Part shown: in pieces, positions 1-11,601 of the stretch
Numbering within the stretch: the first letter of the stretch is position 1
Layout of the letters: each line of letters begins with the position of its first letter
Assembly: GCA_973895155.1 (NCBI GenBank)
Contig: OZ316893.1
Location: 9,363,839-9,427,838 of the forward strand
DNA: 64,000 nucleotides
Direction of reading: 5' to 3'
Source of the DNA: Marsupella aquatica
Taxonomy: Eukaryota; Plantae; Marchantiophyta
Notes under the pieces: model-generated
The model's database searches: none
What the model saw: the letters and a program-made list of their open reading frames with translations, nothing else
Told to the model about the DNA's origin: nothing
Program-made: the position numbers and the translations under genes

Positions 1-563
1 AAGTAGGAGACCCGGCATCGCGAATTCTATAAACGAATTGCACTAGTAGGCTCGTCTACGCTTCAAGGGCGCATTTTTTATACGCCAGTCAAGCTTTAGC
101 CCGTGGAACAGAGAGATTGCACCAAAGTTTGATTTGGGCAAAATAATACCTACACTGCTCCTGAGCATCTTCCTTGCCAATGCTTGTCTCTTGACTTCTG
201 AGCTTTTATCTGTTCAATGACATCCGTCCCCAGTCCAGCGAAAGGAAGCTCTGTACGCCAGCAGTCCCGTTCGGATTTCATGCTTTTTTGCAATTTGTCA
301 ATCACCTGGTCAGCCAGGATCAAGTGGTCAGAACTCCGCGAGAGACCCAAACGCATTGGGTCACATGTCGGCACAGATCTAACAATCAAAGAAGGCAAAT
401 TCTGCGCCAAATGAGTCTAATGCATTAAAGATCCTCCGTAAGGTTGATGAAAGCATTGCCTACCTTGTTTTGCTCTTTCCTGATGTAACCAGTCGCACCA
501 GGGATTAACCTGCAAAAAATTCAAATGAGACCTATGACGAGCAAGCCATCTAGCAATGCACGT

Positions 564-759
564 TAGAAATGCTACATTGGGCTTGCACTTAAAATAGAAA
601 CCATGCATAAAGAATTCACAGAAGATTACTTTATGAAGGCGATTGCCAATTTGATGAGGGATAGAAATGCTACATTGGGCTTGCACTTAAAATAGAAACC
701 ATGCATAAAGAATTCACAGAAGATTACTTTATGAAGGCGATTGCCAATTTGATGAGGGA
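564..759. repeat. Perfect 98-bp tandem duplication
   Basis: tagaaatgctacattggg...gatgaggga at 564-661 and again at 662-759. Confidence 0.9.
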
Positions 760-3082
760 GGATTTTAGCCCTGCGACACGGACAAAATTGATGATGAATG
801 TCAACACTTGTCAAACGATACATTTCCAAACTTCAGGTATAAGATTCAAATGTGCATTTCATGACCGGAACCGACTTGTACTTTGCTCCTAAATCGTCCG
901 TTCCCTTATCTTCCAATTGACTAAATTAAACCAAAAGCAATCTACTGGAGCGAGCTCCTTGCCAATGCTAAAAAGAATTCAAGTAACAAACATTTGGCGA
1001 CTTCCTCTCAGATGTCGTCTCAACAGATGTCCTCTCCACATACTAGATGCAGTCTAATATAGTCACCACCACAACCAATACAGAATCTGAGGGCAAAGTA
1101 GTACCTTGATTAGAGACCACTCGGTAGGCTGAGGTAAAAGCCCTGAGAACGGTGGAAAGAGTAATCCAAGCCAATACAGATACCACTACCACGACTACAG
1201 GCTCCAATTGCGAAAGATTTTCATTTGCAATCTGCCGTGCCAATGTCAGCTTTTCCCCCACTTCCAATTCCTCCAGCAATATCTTTCCCTTTTCCATTAT
1301 TTCCAATCTCGCCTTTTCCATGATTTCCATCCTCGTCCACGCGCAACGGAGCACAACACAACAAGCTGGACTCCGCTCTCCCTTCGTGTCCGTATACACG
1401 GATCTTCGGCTGGCTAAGCAATTAACCCACGAGCTTGCTTGGGCAAACAGACAGACAAAAAATTTGGATCTCGTGATAGGGCTGCAGATTGCAAACCCGG
1501 TGGATCCTCAGAAGCGCCCGAAAACCTTCTCTGTCTCTGAACAAAATAAACGTACTATGTGAGAGTAGCCTCTGGATTAAAAGGTCCTCCTGTGAATACC
1601 TCTCCCTCCTCCGAACAACTCTTACTCCTCCGCACCGAAAAAAAGACAAATACTTCTGTCTGTTCATCACAAGGCAATCATTGAACGCTCTTCTTTTCGT
1701 GGTCCCCTCACATCCCCGACTGTCAGCTCGAAGCCGACAGCATACACGAGACAACTTCAAGTGGCCACACGGGAAATCTCCCAAATCAAAAACTCCACTC
1801 ACCGGAGTTAAATTAATTAGATGTGATCCGTCGGTGTCCACGACCCACGAGGCAATGATAAACAATCCGTGCACTCACTCAAGCCCAGTCAAGCGCCAGA
1901 ATAAGTCAAAGGTGTTGTTTCCTTCGATTAAGTTCCGTTTTGTGAGCGTTTTGTTCCGTTTCGTGAACGTTCAGTTCGGTTGTATTCGGTTCAGTTCAGA
2001 AGCAACACCGGCCGTCAATCCTACCTTTCCAGATACCGCTGCTGTATAGCGGCCCGCGCCTATTCCGAGTTCGTCTCTGTTCAGAATCGAATCAAATGAG
2101 ACGAGGGAAGAGACCGCTCGACTCAGAATCCCGCGGCTCCTCTCTGCCTATTCCTCCTATCCGATTCTTTCCGTCTCTCCTTCCTTATTGTAAGGCACTG
2201 TGACAGAAACCAGGAATATTAGTATACGAGGAGCTCTCTGGGCCACTCGCATCCACTCCAGTAAACTAATAAGTATATACCCGCTTTTATGTGGCCTACT
2301 AAATAGAAGCTAAGAACCTTCCTTACTTATAATGCTCCTCTCTGGACGCTCCCTATTGGATTGAACGGGAGAAGGACGACAGTGTGGACCTGACCTTCTA
2401 GCATCACGAGATGGACTGAAATGAGTACCCTGCGGTGTGGACAGAGACCAAAGCGATTAGCATCCTCAGTGCCTGGCCTCTTCTCAATGACCGCTCGTCA
2501 CCTATTCAAACCAGTCGCGATGCTCAAACCTCGTACAGCCAACGCAGATCGTCGACTGCGAGTGATATCCAGTAGTAGTGCGAAGTCAGACTACGGCGGG
2601 GCCTTTTCCAATCTCAGGCCACCGAACGACTGGTAAGCTACAACGTGCTAATCTTCAAAACCGCTATGCCCATCGCTTCGGAAAATAATCAGCGAGAGAA
2701 ACAAAATCCCATCATTCCGATGCTGCAAAGCGGCAGTACCAAGAGCATCCAGGAAACATCGAATTCAACCACAAAGTTGACGGCAATACCAAGAGCATCC
2801 AGAAAACAGCGAATTCAATCACAAAGTGGAGGAATGATTAGCGAATTCTGCTAAGGAGACGACCTGTCATAGAATTACGCAAAGCCGACAACTGGCCAGA
2901 TCGTCGACTCGGACTGATGTACAATGATCGTAAACCGACGATCAGGCTGCAGCTTTTCGATACCTCAGGCCTCAGGCTTCGGCACGACGACCATCAAGGC
3001 TACAAGGTTACGAATCAGGACAGCCGGAATACCAATAGCGTCGAGGAAACAGCAAGTTCAACAAAGTGGACAAGTGAAAAGC

Positions 3083-3680
3083 TCGATAGTTCCGTGTTGC
3101 CGTGAACTACTGCAGTGCCCTTCAAACGATGATACCGTGCGCTATAAGCTCGATATTCCGTGTTGCGTGCACTACTGCAGCGCGCTTGAAAGGATGATAC
3201 CGCGCGGTATAAGGTCGATATTCCGTGGCGCGTGGACTACTGCAGTGCCGTTCGAACGATGATACCGTGCGCTAGAAGCTTGATATTCCGTGTTGCGTGA
3301 ACTACTGCAGCGCCCTTCAAAGGATGATACCGCGCGGGATAACTTCGATATTCCGTGGCGCGTGAACTAGTGCAGTGCCCTTCAAACGATGATACCGTGC
3401 GCTAGAAGCTCGATATTCCGTGTTGCGTGAACTCCTGCAGCGCCCTTCAAAGGATGATACCGCGCGGTATAAGCTCGATATTCCGTGGCGCGTGAACTAC
3501 TGCAGTGCCCTTCAAACGATGATACCGTGCGCTAGAAGCTCGATATTCCGTGTTTCCTGAACTACTGCAGCGCCCTTCAAAGGATGATACCGCGCGGTAT
3601 AAGTTCGATATTCCGTGGCGCGTGAAGTACTAGTGCCCTTCAAAGGATGATATCGCGCGGTATAAGTTCGAAATTCCGTG
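3083..3680. repeat. 65-bp minisatellite, about 9 units alternating A/B (130-bp dimer)
   Basis: (c/t)gatattccgtg recurs at 3151, 3216, 3281, 3346, 3411, 3476, 3541, 3606; A units have caaacgatgataccgtgcgct, B units aaaggatgataccgcgcggtat. Confidence 0.92.
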
Positions 3681-4011
3681 CTGCTTTCTATCCGTGAATA
3701 AGTGCGGTTCGCAGGAGGGTACCGCACGGTATTATTTTATCAGCGGGGCCCACTACAGTAGAGCTTTGCGGAACCGTACCTCGCAGAGCAGATACGTCGA
3801 CGGCCGGACTTTAGGTCCTCCGAAATCTGAACTGACCCCACGTGCTGTGCTGTGGGAGACGGGTTTACACTTTACAGAAAGAGAGACTAGCGTGATTACA
3901 CTATGGGGTACATATAATGTCTTAGATTTCCTTGGGCAAGCTCCACCTATAAAGGCCTACGGGTTACCCATAACTTTACCCTACCTTTCATTATACACAT
4001 TATACACTGCA

Positions 4012-4143
4012 CAGGTTCACTAGGAATGGGCTTGAGCTCAGGTTCACTAGGAATGGGCTTGAGCTTCACAAAAAATGATGAGTGCTCCACCTTTATAGTG
4101 AGTGCTCCACCTTTATAGTGAGTGCTCCATCTTTATGGTGAGT
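4012..4143. repeat. Short tandem repeats (27-bp x2, 20-bp x3)
   Basis: caggttcactaggaatgggcttgagct twice; tgagtgctccacctttatag three times. Confidence 0.8.
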
Positions 4144-5173
4144 ATTGAGGCATAGAATGGGGCTTTTATAGGGGGAGGTGTGGTTTAAACTGGAGTTCCA
4201 TTGCTAGGTGTTTTGTCTACCATAACTGGTCATCCAAGTATGGAGGGAGACCACATATGGAAGGCAAAATACTTCTTTCCACACGTGTCAACCATATATG
4301 GGAGGCAAAATACCTCATAATGGAATGAGCGGGCGCCCTTAGCATCATGTTAAGGGTGTTTGGGTGATTTTAAAACAACTTGGATTCTAGTTATCAGAGT
4401 GCAGCCGATCAAGGGTCAGATTAGAATTAAATGTGTTTTTGTAAAACACATATTTATCTGGCCTCTTAGGATTGCAATCAGGTTCTTACTGAACATACAG
4501 ATCGGCCGTCCAATCATCACGCCTTCCGCCATTTGTTTAGCACAATTGATCCAGACTTGGCTCTTAATTCAGACATCCATGCAACAAGCATCTTGCTTCG
4601 AATCTGTGCATCTAACTAAGAAAAAGGATTGGAAAGCAAAGGCAAGGAGGAGTACTTTTGTGAGAAAACTCTGCTCATGCAATCTGTCTTATTCTATTCT
4701 CCCAAAGCAGATCGCTTTTCAGGATTTTAGGTTGTGCAGACACAATAATTGTCCCCAGTTGGTGGCTCAACAATGGGCATTTTTCTCCATGGGATCAATG
4801 CAGATCAAAGCAGCAGAGCTCTAAACCAGACTATATACTCCAGAGAGCAAGACTTGGCACTTCTGCAACTTTGGCAAAAGTTGCAAAAGTTCTGCCGCCT
4901 CCAACCACTTTGAAAAAAATACTAAAGGAAAGGATGAACAGGATATCAAGATCTTCATACAAAACTGTCACACTAAAAAAGTGTGATCTGATACCTGGCA
5001 CTCAAGCATCGTTCTTATCATTGCTTTAATTATCAAAGATGCCAATGGAAGGAATTGGGCACCACTCTCCATATAAAAGGAGAAGTGTCCAAGACTTCTC
5101 ACTTTTTCACATTTCTCTCCTCTAGGGTGAGACTTTGCTCCACAACTTCAGGAAAAATGTGCTAACAATGGTG

Positions 5174-6857
5174 AAACCTGGTGGATCCAGGTTTTGTCAT
5201 GGACAGTGGCGCTTTAAGGGTAAGCCTGGTCCTAAAGCAGGTTCGGATATCTACCTATTCTTGTTTTTACAATATTGAAAAATTAATATCTTGGACCAAC
5301 TACAAGTTTTATGGGAGCCAGTAGCTTCAAGTTCTCTAGAAATATAGTTCTTCCATTAACGTAGCCAACAGCTCACTCTAGGACTTTTGTCACATCTAAG
5401 TTCCTTATGAGTCATAGGTTTGGAAGCACAGGGTACATCCTTAAACAACAGCAAGGAAGAGAATAGAGATCTCTGCCCCTACCTACACTAGCCATGATGG
5501 GTCCTGGTCCTGGCTAAATTCTGTATGCTATTTTGGGAGGCTCTGTTCCTGGTGGTTGCTTTCAAGTATGGTATTACTGAAGGGGGGTACATAACATCAT
5601 CAGTTATCAACCATCAATGACTAATATCAATTATCTCAAAAATTTCTGAATCTCAGCAAATTTTTTAATCTCAGCTGAGGAGTTGAGATCCCCTTTGAAC
5701 CTCCGAGCATCTCAGCTAGGCAGCTGAGATTGACTAAATCTCGGCTGACCTTGCCGATTTGGGCATACAGACCTAAAAAAAACAATAGTGAAAAAATGAA
5801 TTAATTCTCCTTCAACTTTTTTCTCGCATTGCAACTTGGTGGGCTCTCTAAGATGAGGTGGCAACTAATATCAGGTCAATTGATGAAATTGACTGATAAC
5901 TGATGAAATTAATAATTATCTCTTGCTTAGGGTCAGTTCTCAGAGGGCTCATTGTTCTCCTCATGAAAAATTGGGGATGAATTGAGGTTGAAAATAAGTT
6001 TCTGATCTCTCTTCTTAGTTTGAGTTTTAAGGTGGGCAAGGTATAATTTTGATTTGCTATGGCTAGAAGGGTTACATCTAGCCCAACAATTTTATGCTAA
6101 CAACTATTGTGCTGAATATTCGAATGCTCACAAATTGCTACACATGTTACAATCCGATAAGCATGGAGTTGATACAAGAGATAGGCAATTCACCACTCCA
6201 AAAACCTTTGTCCTTGGGAACACACAAGAGACTTTAATGTCTACACTTTAGGTCCATTAGCCATATCAAGTTATAGACTAAGTAAGCTCTCCCTATCTCT
6301 TGGATTGACTTGTAACGTACAATAACTTTAAGTTCCACTGACATCTAGGTCCTACTAGTGAAAATAGAAGTGGCACATTTAGCCTTATTTAATCAAGTTT
6401 GTACTTGACTACGGTCAGAATCACTGTGGTTATTGAGTAACTCTGCTAAGACCCAGGAGTAAATGCCTAACATAAGGTGATCTTGAAGAGGGTGCAACAG
6501 AATATTGACCGTCGCATGGAGGTTGGAGGCAGGTTTGCCACTGTATTTGGCCTGGCGTGGAAGCTACTAGGATAATTCTACGACCATACTTTGAAGTCAA
6601 GATTCTCTTCCGGAGGGTTTGGAGGATCTTCAATGGCAATGCAAAGGTCCAAGCCACTACTCTAAGTTATTGTGATTCTCCTTTTAAGTTGAAGGGACCA
6701 ACAAGGAGATTACCCTCCTTGATATTAAGGCCCAGTATTAAGGATATGTTGGCAAAGAAGCCTCGTCAATCTAAAAAGCAACCTGATTCCTTTCTGGCTA
6801 GAGTTTTGATAGTAAACCGCCAATGTCCATTGTAGAAACCTGGATCCACCAGGTTTC
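5174..6857. mobile_element. Putative non-autonomous TIR element with about 45-bp imperfect TIRs
   Basis: gaaacctggtggatccaggttt..tggacagtggcg at 5174 is mirrored by ccgccaatgtccattgtagaaacctggatccaccaggtttc ending at about 6857; no TSD identified. Confidence 0.5.
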
Positions 6858-7749
6858 TCAACCCATTTCTTAATTTAGGCAAAACTCCAGCTCCGGGGCA
6901 TTCCCAATTGTTGTTGGCTGGTCAGTGTGGGCAAACTGCCTGGCACTTTTTGGCCCAGTCAGCTGTAGACCTGTCCCAGTGTCCCTACTCATTTTGTAGA
7001 GGGCGAAATTGTTCAAGAGCCGAGTTCAGCAATTCTACTCTGCCCATGCTGTGCAAGTGTCCAGAGCCAAGTCAATCAATTCTCCTCCTCCCGTGTTGCG
7101 TGAGTTTTCAGAAGCAACATTCAGCATGTCTACGCCCATGTTGCACTAGTGGCCAAAGCCGAGTCTATCTATTCTCCTCTTCCAATGCTACTGCCCAGCA
7201 ATATGTTTTTCTTGCAGAGAGTGTCTGCAGTGTTAGGTTGGGAGAATTAGTGATCATACCAAATGAGCTTGACCTTCAAGCCCCTCTTGGCAGTTCTGAC
7301 AGCGAGAGAATGTTGCTTTGGACGCTGTGATATCCCCAATTTGGTGTTCAGAAATCTTGTCCCAGAGCTCGAGAAATAAGTCACCCCAATTGCACAATCA
7401 TTGACTTAGACCATGCCATGACCATGACCAGTGGTGCCACTACACTGCATTTGGATGATACGCACACTGGTGGGGAAGACAGTTGCTGGAGGGTCTGAGC
7501 ATTGAGCCGTCCTCATCATTGGTAGGGAAGATTTGACAATTACCGTCGGTGTTGCAATGTGTTCATGACATGAGATGGGCAGCAAGATGTGTACATTTAT
7601 CAAAATGGTTTATCTGGTCCAAAGATTGCCAATCTCTCCTGCAAATTTGTGACAAAAGTACAAAAGACATCAATTTAATGACATATTTCGCATTTAGAGG
7701 CAAACCTGCCTGGCCCTTGGGGGGGGGGTTTCACTTCCACAAAAATGAC

Positions 7750-8000
7750 ATATCACGTGTGACGAAAAATAGGGTCGTTTTATTGGTTCTATGACTTAGT
7801 AATTTTCTCAAAAGAACAATAGGGTCTTTTAAATCCAATTTTGAGACTTAGAAGTCTATGAGTGTCTTTTTAATCAAATGTTTGGCATATTCCAACTTTA
7901 TAGGGGTCATTTTTTTGTGAATCTTACATTTTAGGGGGTCTGGGGCCTAAAAACGTCATAGGTGATGGGGAGGCCTCCATATAGTGAGACCCCCAAGGTC
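7750..8000. repeat. Dispersed repeat, second copy at about 22650-22900
   Basis: Shared atcacgtg.gacgaa..atagg..ttttattggttcta and taggtgatggg..g..ctccat.tagtgagacccc. Confidence 0.65.
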
Positions 8001-9569
8001 TGGACCTCTAAATCCCCACTGAAATCTACATATATGTATTCAGCTTGGATAACATCAGATGGTCATTTACAATTCAGTGTTACTTAATGCTCGCAACCAT
8101 TTTGCCCAATTCCAGATTGATCAGAACAATGCAACAACCAGCAACCTGTCCTTGGGAACATCCTCACTACCTTGTGAAGGGCACTGCATTCCATTCGCCG
8201 GTCATGGTGTAAACCAATTAACTTGATGTGTCTTCAATCTTGGTCTATATTCATTCTGCCGCCAACCTTTCATCAGCTGTTTCCCCACAATTTTGAACAG
8301 AATTTGGTTGAGGATTGGATTGATGGACTTGTACCCCATCGGTGCACCATTACCTTCAATTGAATACCATATGAACTCTCCATCCAAGCAAAGTTGCACG
8401 ACAAGCTGGATGGAAATTAGGGTTTAGGAACTAAGTTTGTTACGCATACCCAATCAATAGAAGATTGAAATCAAAAAAGCAAAAATTAATTGGAGAATGA
8501 CCACTTGCTTAAGAAGAAGATAACCCTTTTTCTTTTTATGTTATACCAGTTCTACCATTGTACATTATACCAGTTTGCCCAGAGTCGTTGGTTCCTCCCA
8601 AACAGTTTTCAACTTAATTTGTTATTGTGCTGATTTTGGAAATTTAATATCAGGGCTGCAACGCATATATTAGCATCACTCCAAATACATTGGAAGCTGA
8701 ATCTTCCACACAGGAGTAAGTTGAATAGAGGTGGGATGGAGGGACAACACCGCAAGATTTTTGAGGAGGTATTTTTCCTTCAGCAAAAGATGTGGTTGCA
8801 ATTTTGTCAACTAGAGCTCTCGCCAATGGGAAGCTAAGTAGGTTGTCACTTCTATGGCAGATTCAGTTCCATAAGTGGTCATTTTTGAAGGCTGACCTTA
8901 GTCAACGTCCTCAGTTATTTCATAACATGCATAATGTAAGCAGGACTTAGTTGGCATCGATAACCTGGTCACAAGTTAAAAGTTAACCTGTATACGAATT
9001 GGGGGACAGGTTGGTAAATAATTTTATTTGGGGCAAGGTCAATAAATTTGATTGATTTGGGGGACAGGTTAATAAAAAGCTGGAAAAGGGACTTATGTCT
9101 GTGATTTGGGTATGTCCTCTTGGTTTCAGTGGAAGGATGTGAAGGAGGTTTTTCTTGCATCTAGTGCCAGTATTCTTAAATTATTATAGCCAAGGCATTA
9201 AGTGCAAATGGTGGGTTTTCAATGGCGCATGGATGTCAGGGCGATCCCTACTATACAATTATTTGGGGGAAGATATATGCATAAAAATCTTACAAGTGGA
9301 GAAGGTCAATCATTTTCTATGGCAATTGGTTCATTGCATTAACACTAACAACGACTTTATTTGGCTGAAGAAGTATTTGTAGAAATGAAGCTGGAAGCAT
9401 TGCCCCTTTTTTCTCTTAATTGTGTGGGCAGTGTGAGGGGGATTGTATGAAAATGGGGGATACCATAGTGCCATTGACTCCATACAATAATTCTAGAAGT
9501 CTATAAGAAATAAATTAATTTAAATATCCTGCTTGTGAGGCAAGAGGGAAACTATTCAACAGCTTTTTG

Positions 9570-10046
9570 CTAACCTGTCCCCCAAAACTATCTGATATTA
9601 CTAATGTGCCCCCAGAACAAAATTATTCATCAACCTGCCCCCCATTTATATTTGGGTTAACTAGTATTAACTTGTATATGGTTTTGAGTACCATGTGGCA
9701 AGTCGCTAAGGGCTAGACTTAGCCCTCCGCCCCCTTTTCCCCTTCTCCGTTTTGTTTTTAATTCCTGAGTAAAAACAAGGGTCAAAAGTGTCGGGTTTTT
9801 ATGAGGGGGGTGTGGAGCGAAAAGCGACGTGCTTTTGCCCCTCCCAAAGCCTACGACTATGCCCTACAATGGGGAAGGGGGGCCGAGGGGGTTGCAAGGG
9901 GTTAAAGCTAGCCAGTAGCAACGCACCACATGGCAACAGGAACCCACATACAAGTTAATACTAACACAAATATAAAATGAGGGACAGGTTGATAAATAAT
10001 TTTGTTTAAGGGACACATTAGTATAGGTAGTTTGGGGGACAGGTTA
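9570..10046. mobile_element. MITE with long (over 100 bp) imperfect TIRs
   Basis: taacctgtcccccaaa...attaacttgtat...ccatgtgg is the inverse of ccacatgg...atacaagttaatac...tttgggggacaggtta; related ggggacaggtt motifs at about 9000-9070. Confidence 0.7.
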
Positions 10047-11601
10047 TTAAAACACAAATTCAATGAGCTTGGAGTGAAAGCATGAAAAAATAAAGTAGTG
10101 GTAGCCAGTGACTTTCACATTCATGCTATTTAAAAAAAGAAAAATCATGGTCCCATCGGACTTTATGCCTAGGTTTGAAGCATCCAAATTCTTAGAAAGT
10201 TTTCACAAAGATGCACAAAATGGAGGATGCACTTTTGAGACAAGTCAAGGTTAAGCAAGATCTGCTGTATTTGAGGATTCTCGTGATAGGAAGTGCGAGT
10301 GGACACAGGGCAGCCTAGGTGTTTTCAGTTGGGTGCTTTTCATTTAAATCTTTTCATCCCAAAGGGCAGGGGTACACTGACAGCACTACATAGCATTCAA
10401 CCACAGTTTCACCGTTGCCGTGCATAAGCTGGAAAAGCATAACACGCATTAATTTTAGTAGTGACAGCCTACTTTCATATGCCCCTTGCAAAATCCGGAG
10501 TTACTCCTTCCCTTGGGACTGTAGGATTGGAACCATCATCATCTCCGTACCTCTTAGAATCATTCCAGTACCTCTAAGATTCATTCTTCAAGATAGTCCA
10601 AAAGCCTAAAACAGGTCAAAATTCCAGAGTCGCAAGAAGTTAGCTGGATGTGCTGAATAATTAGGCTCGCCCGTGAAACCCTTACTGATCACAATGGAAT
10701 GATTCTCCGGCTGTGCGTGATTGTGTATAAGACAAACATTTGCATGTTTTGAGAGCCAACGGCCTACAAGACCAGCAGTTACTGTTCTACTGCAACATCA
10801 AGTAGTCGAGTCCCATGGTACTAAAAGCATTTATAACACTTCAGAGGTCATACCGCGATATCCAAACTCCATGCAAGCGATATCTATTACCTCAATCACT
10901 TCAAACACATGAAGGGCGCATGCAATTCTCAAGACAATGACAAGGTGGCTTAGTAGCCAAGATGGAGACAGTACTTTTTGAAAACTTCTGAAGATTTCAT
11001 TGCTGATAAACTAGGTACAGAAGGCTTTGCTGCAGTCTGAGTACTTAGTAACAAAGGGACCGACAGGCCTACTCTATTGGAGCTTGTTCTTACTCCACAA
11101 AATGAGAGTAGCATTCGTCCCCTCGTAAAAGACTACCAGGAATCTGCCCAATTTAATGGGACATAAGACAAATCACCTCTGCAGTTGAAAGAGACTCAAC
11201 TGTAAAGAAGTGAAGCAAGCTTAAATGAGAAACAACAGACAGTGACCTTCAAAGTTTCCAAAATGCCATACGATCATTGCATTATTTGTACAGGCTACTT
11301 CTCCAAAACCCAAGATGAACCACAGCTGCAAGTCACATAGTCTACAACTCAAAGGCACTCAAAGAATTCAGGAGATAAAAGCATCCAAGGACACTGTCTA
11401 CACAGAGAAAGATGTATTTAGAGCATGGAAGCCCTGACTGAAGTCAGAAAGTCAATTTCTTTTATCGATTATCCAATGCAAATTTTCTTGACGCTTCTTT
11501 TGCAAACACGACCTTAAGGATCTATGCTCACCACCCTCAGGAAAGAACTCTACCTTTGTATCTGTACTTTTACATGTTCCCGCTGGATCAGCATTCCCGT
11601 T

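Noticed and set aside
150-2049. ORFs as gag or a host gene
   Set aside because: No recognisable motif; broken by stops and a 98-bp duplication
3083-3680. CRISPR-like array
   Set aside because: No unique spacers, the whole unit repeats, eukaryotic context, no cas genes
3750-3762. cactacagtag as a CACTA terminus
   Set aside because: No matching opposite end or TSD found
6908-8399. Short ORFs as a decayed gene or transposase
   Set aside because: No family motif identifiable by eye
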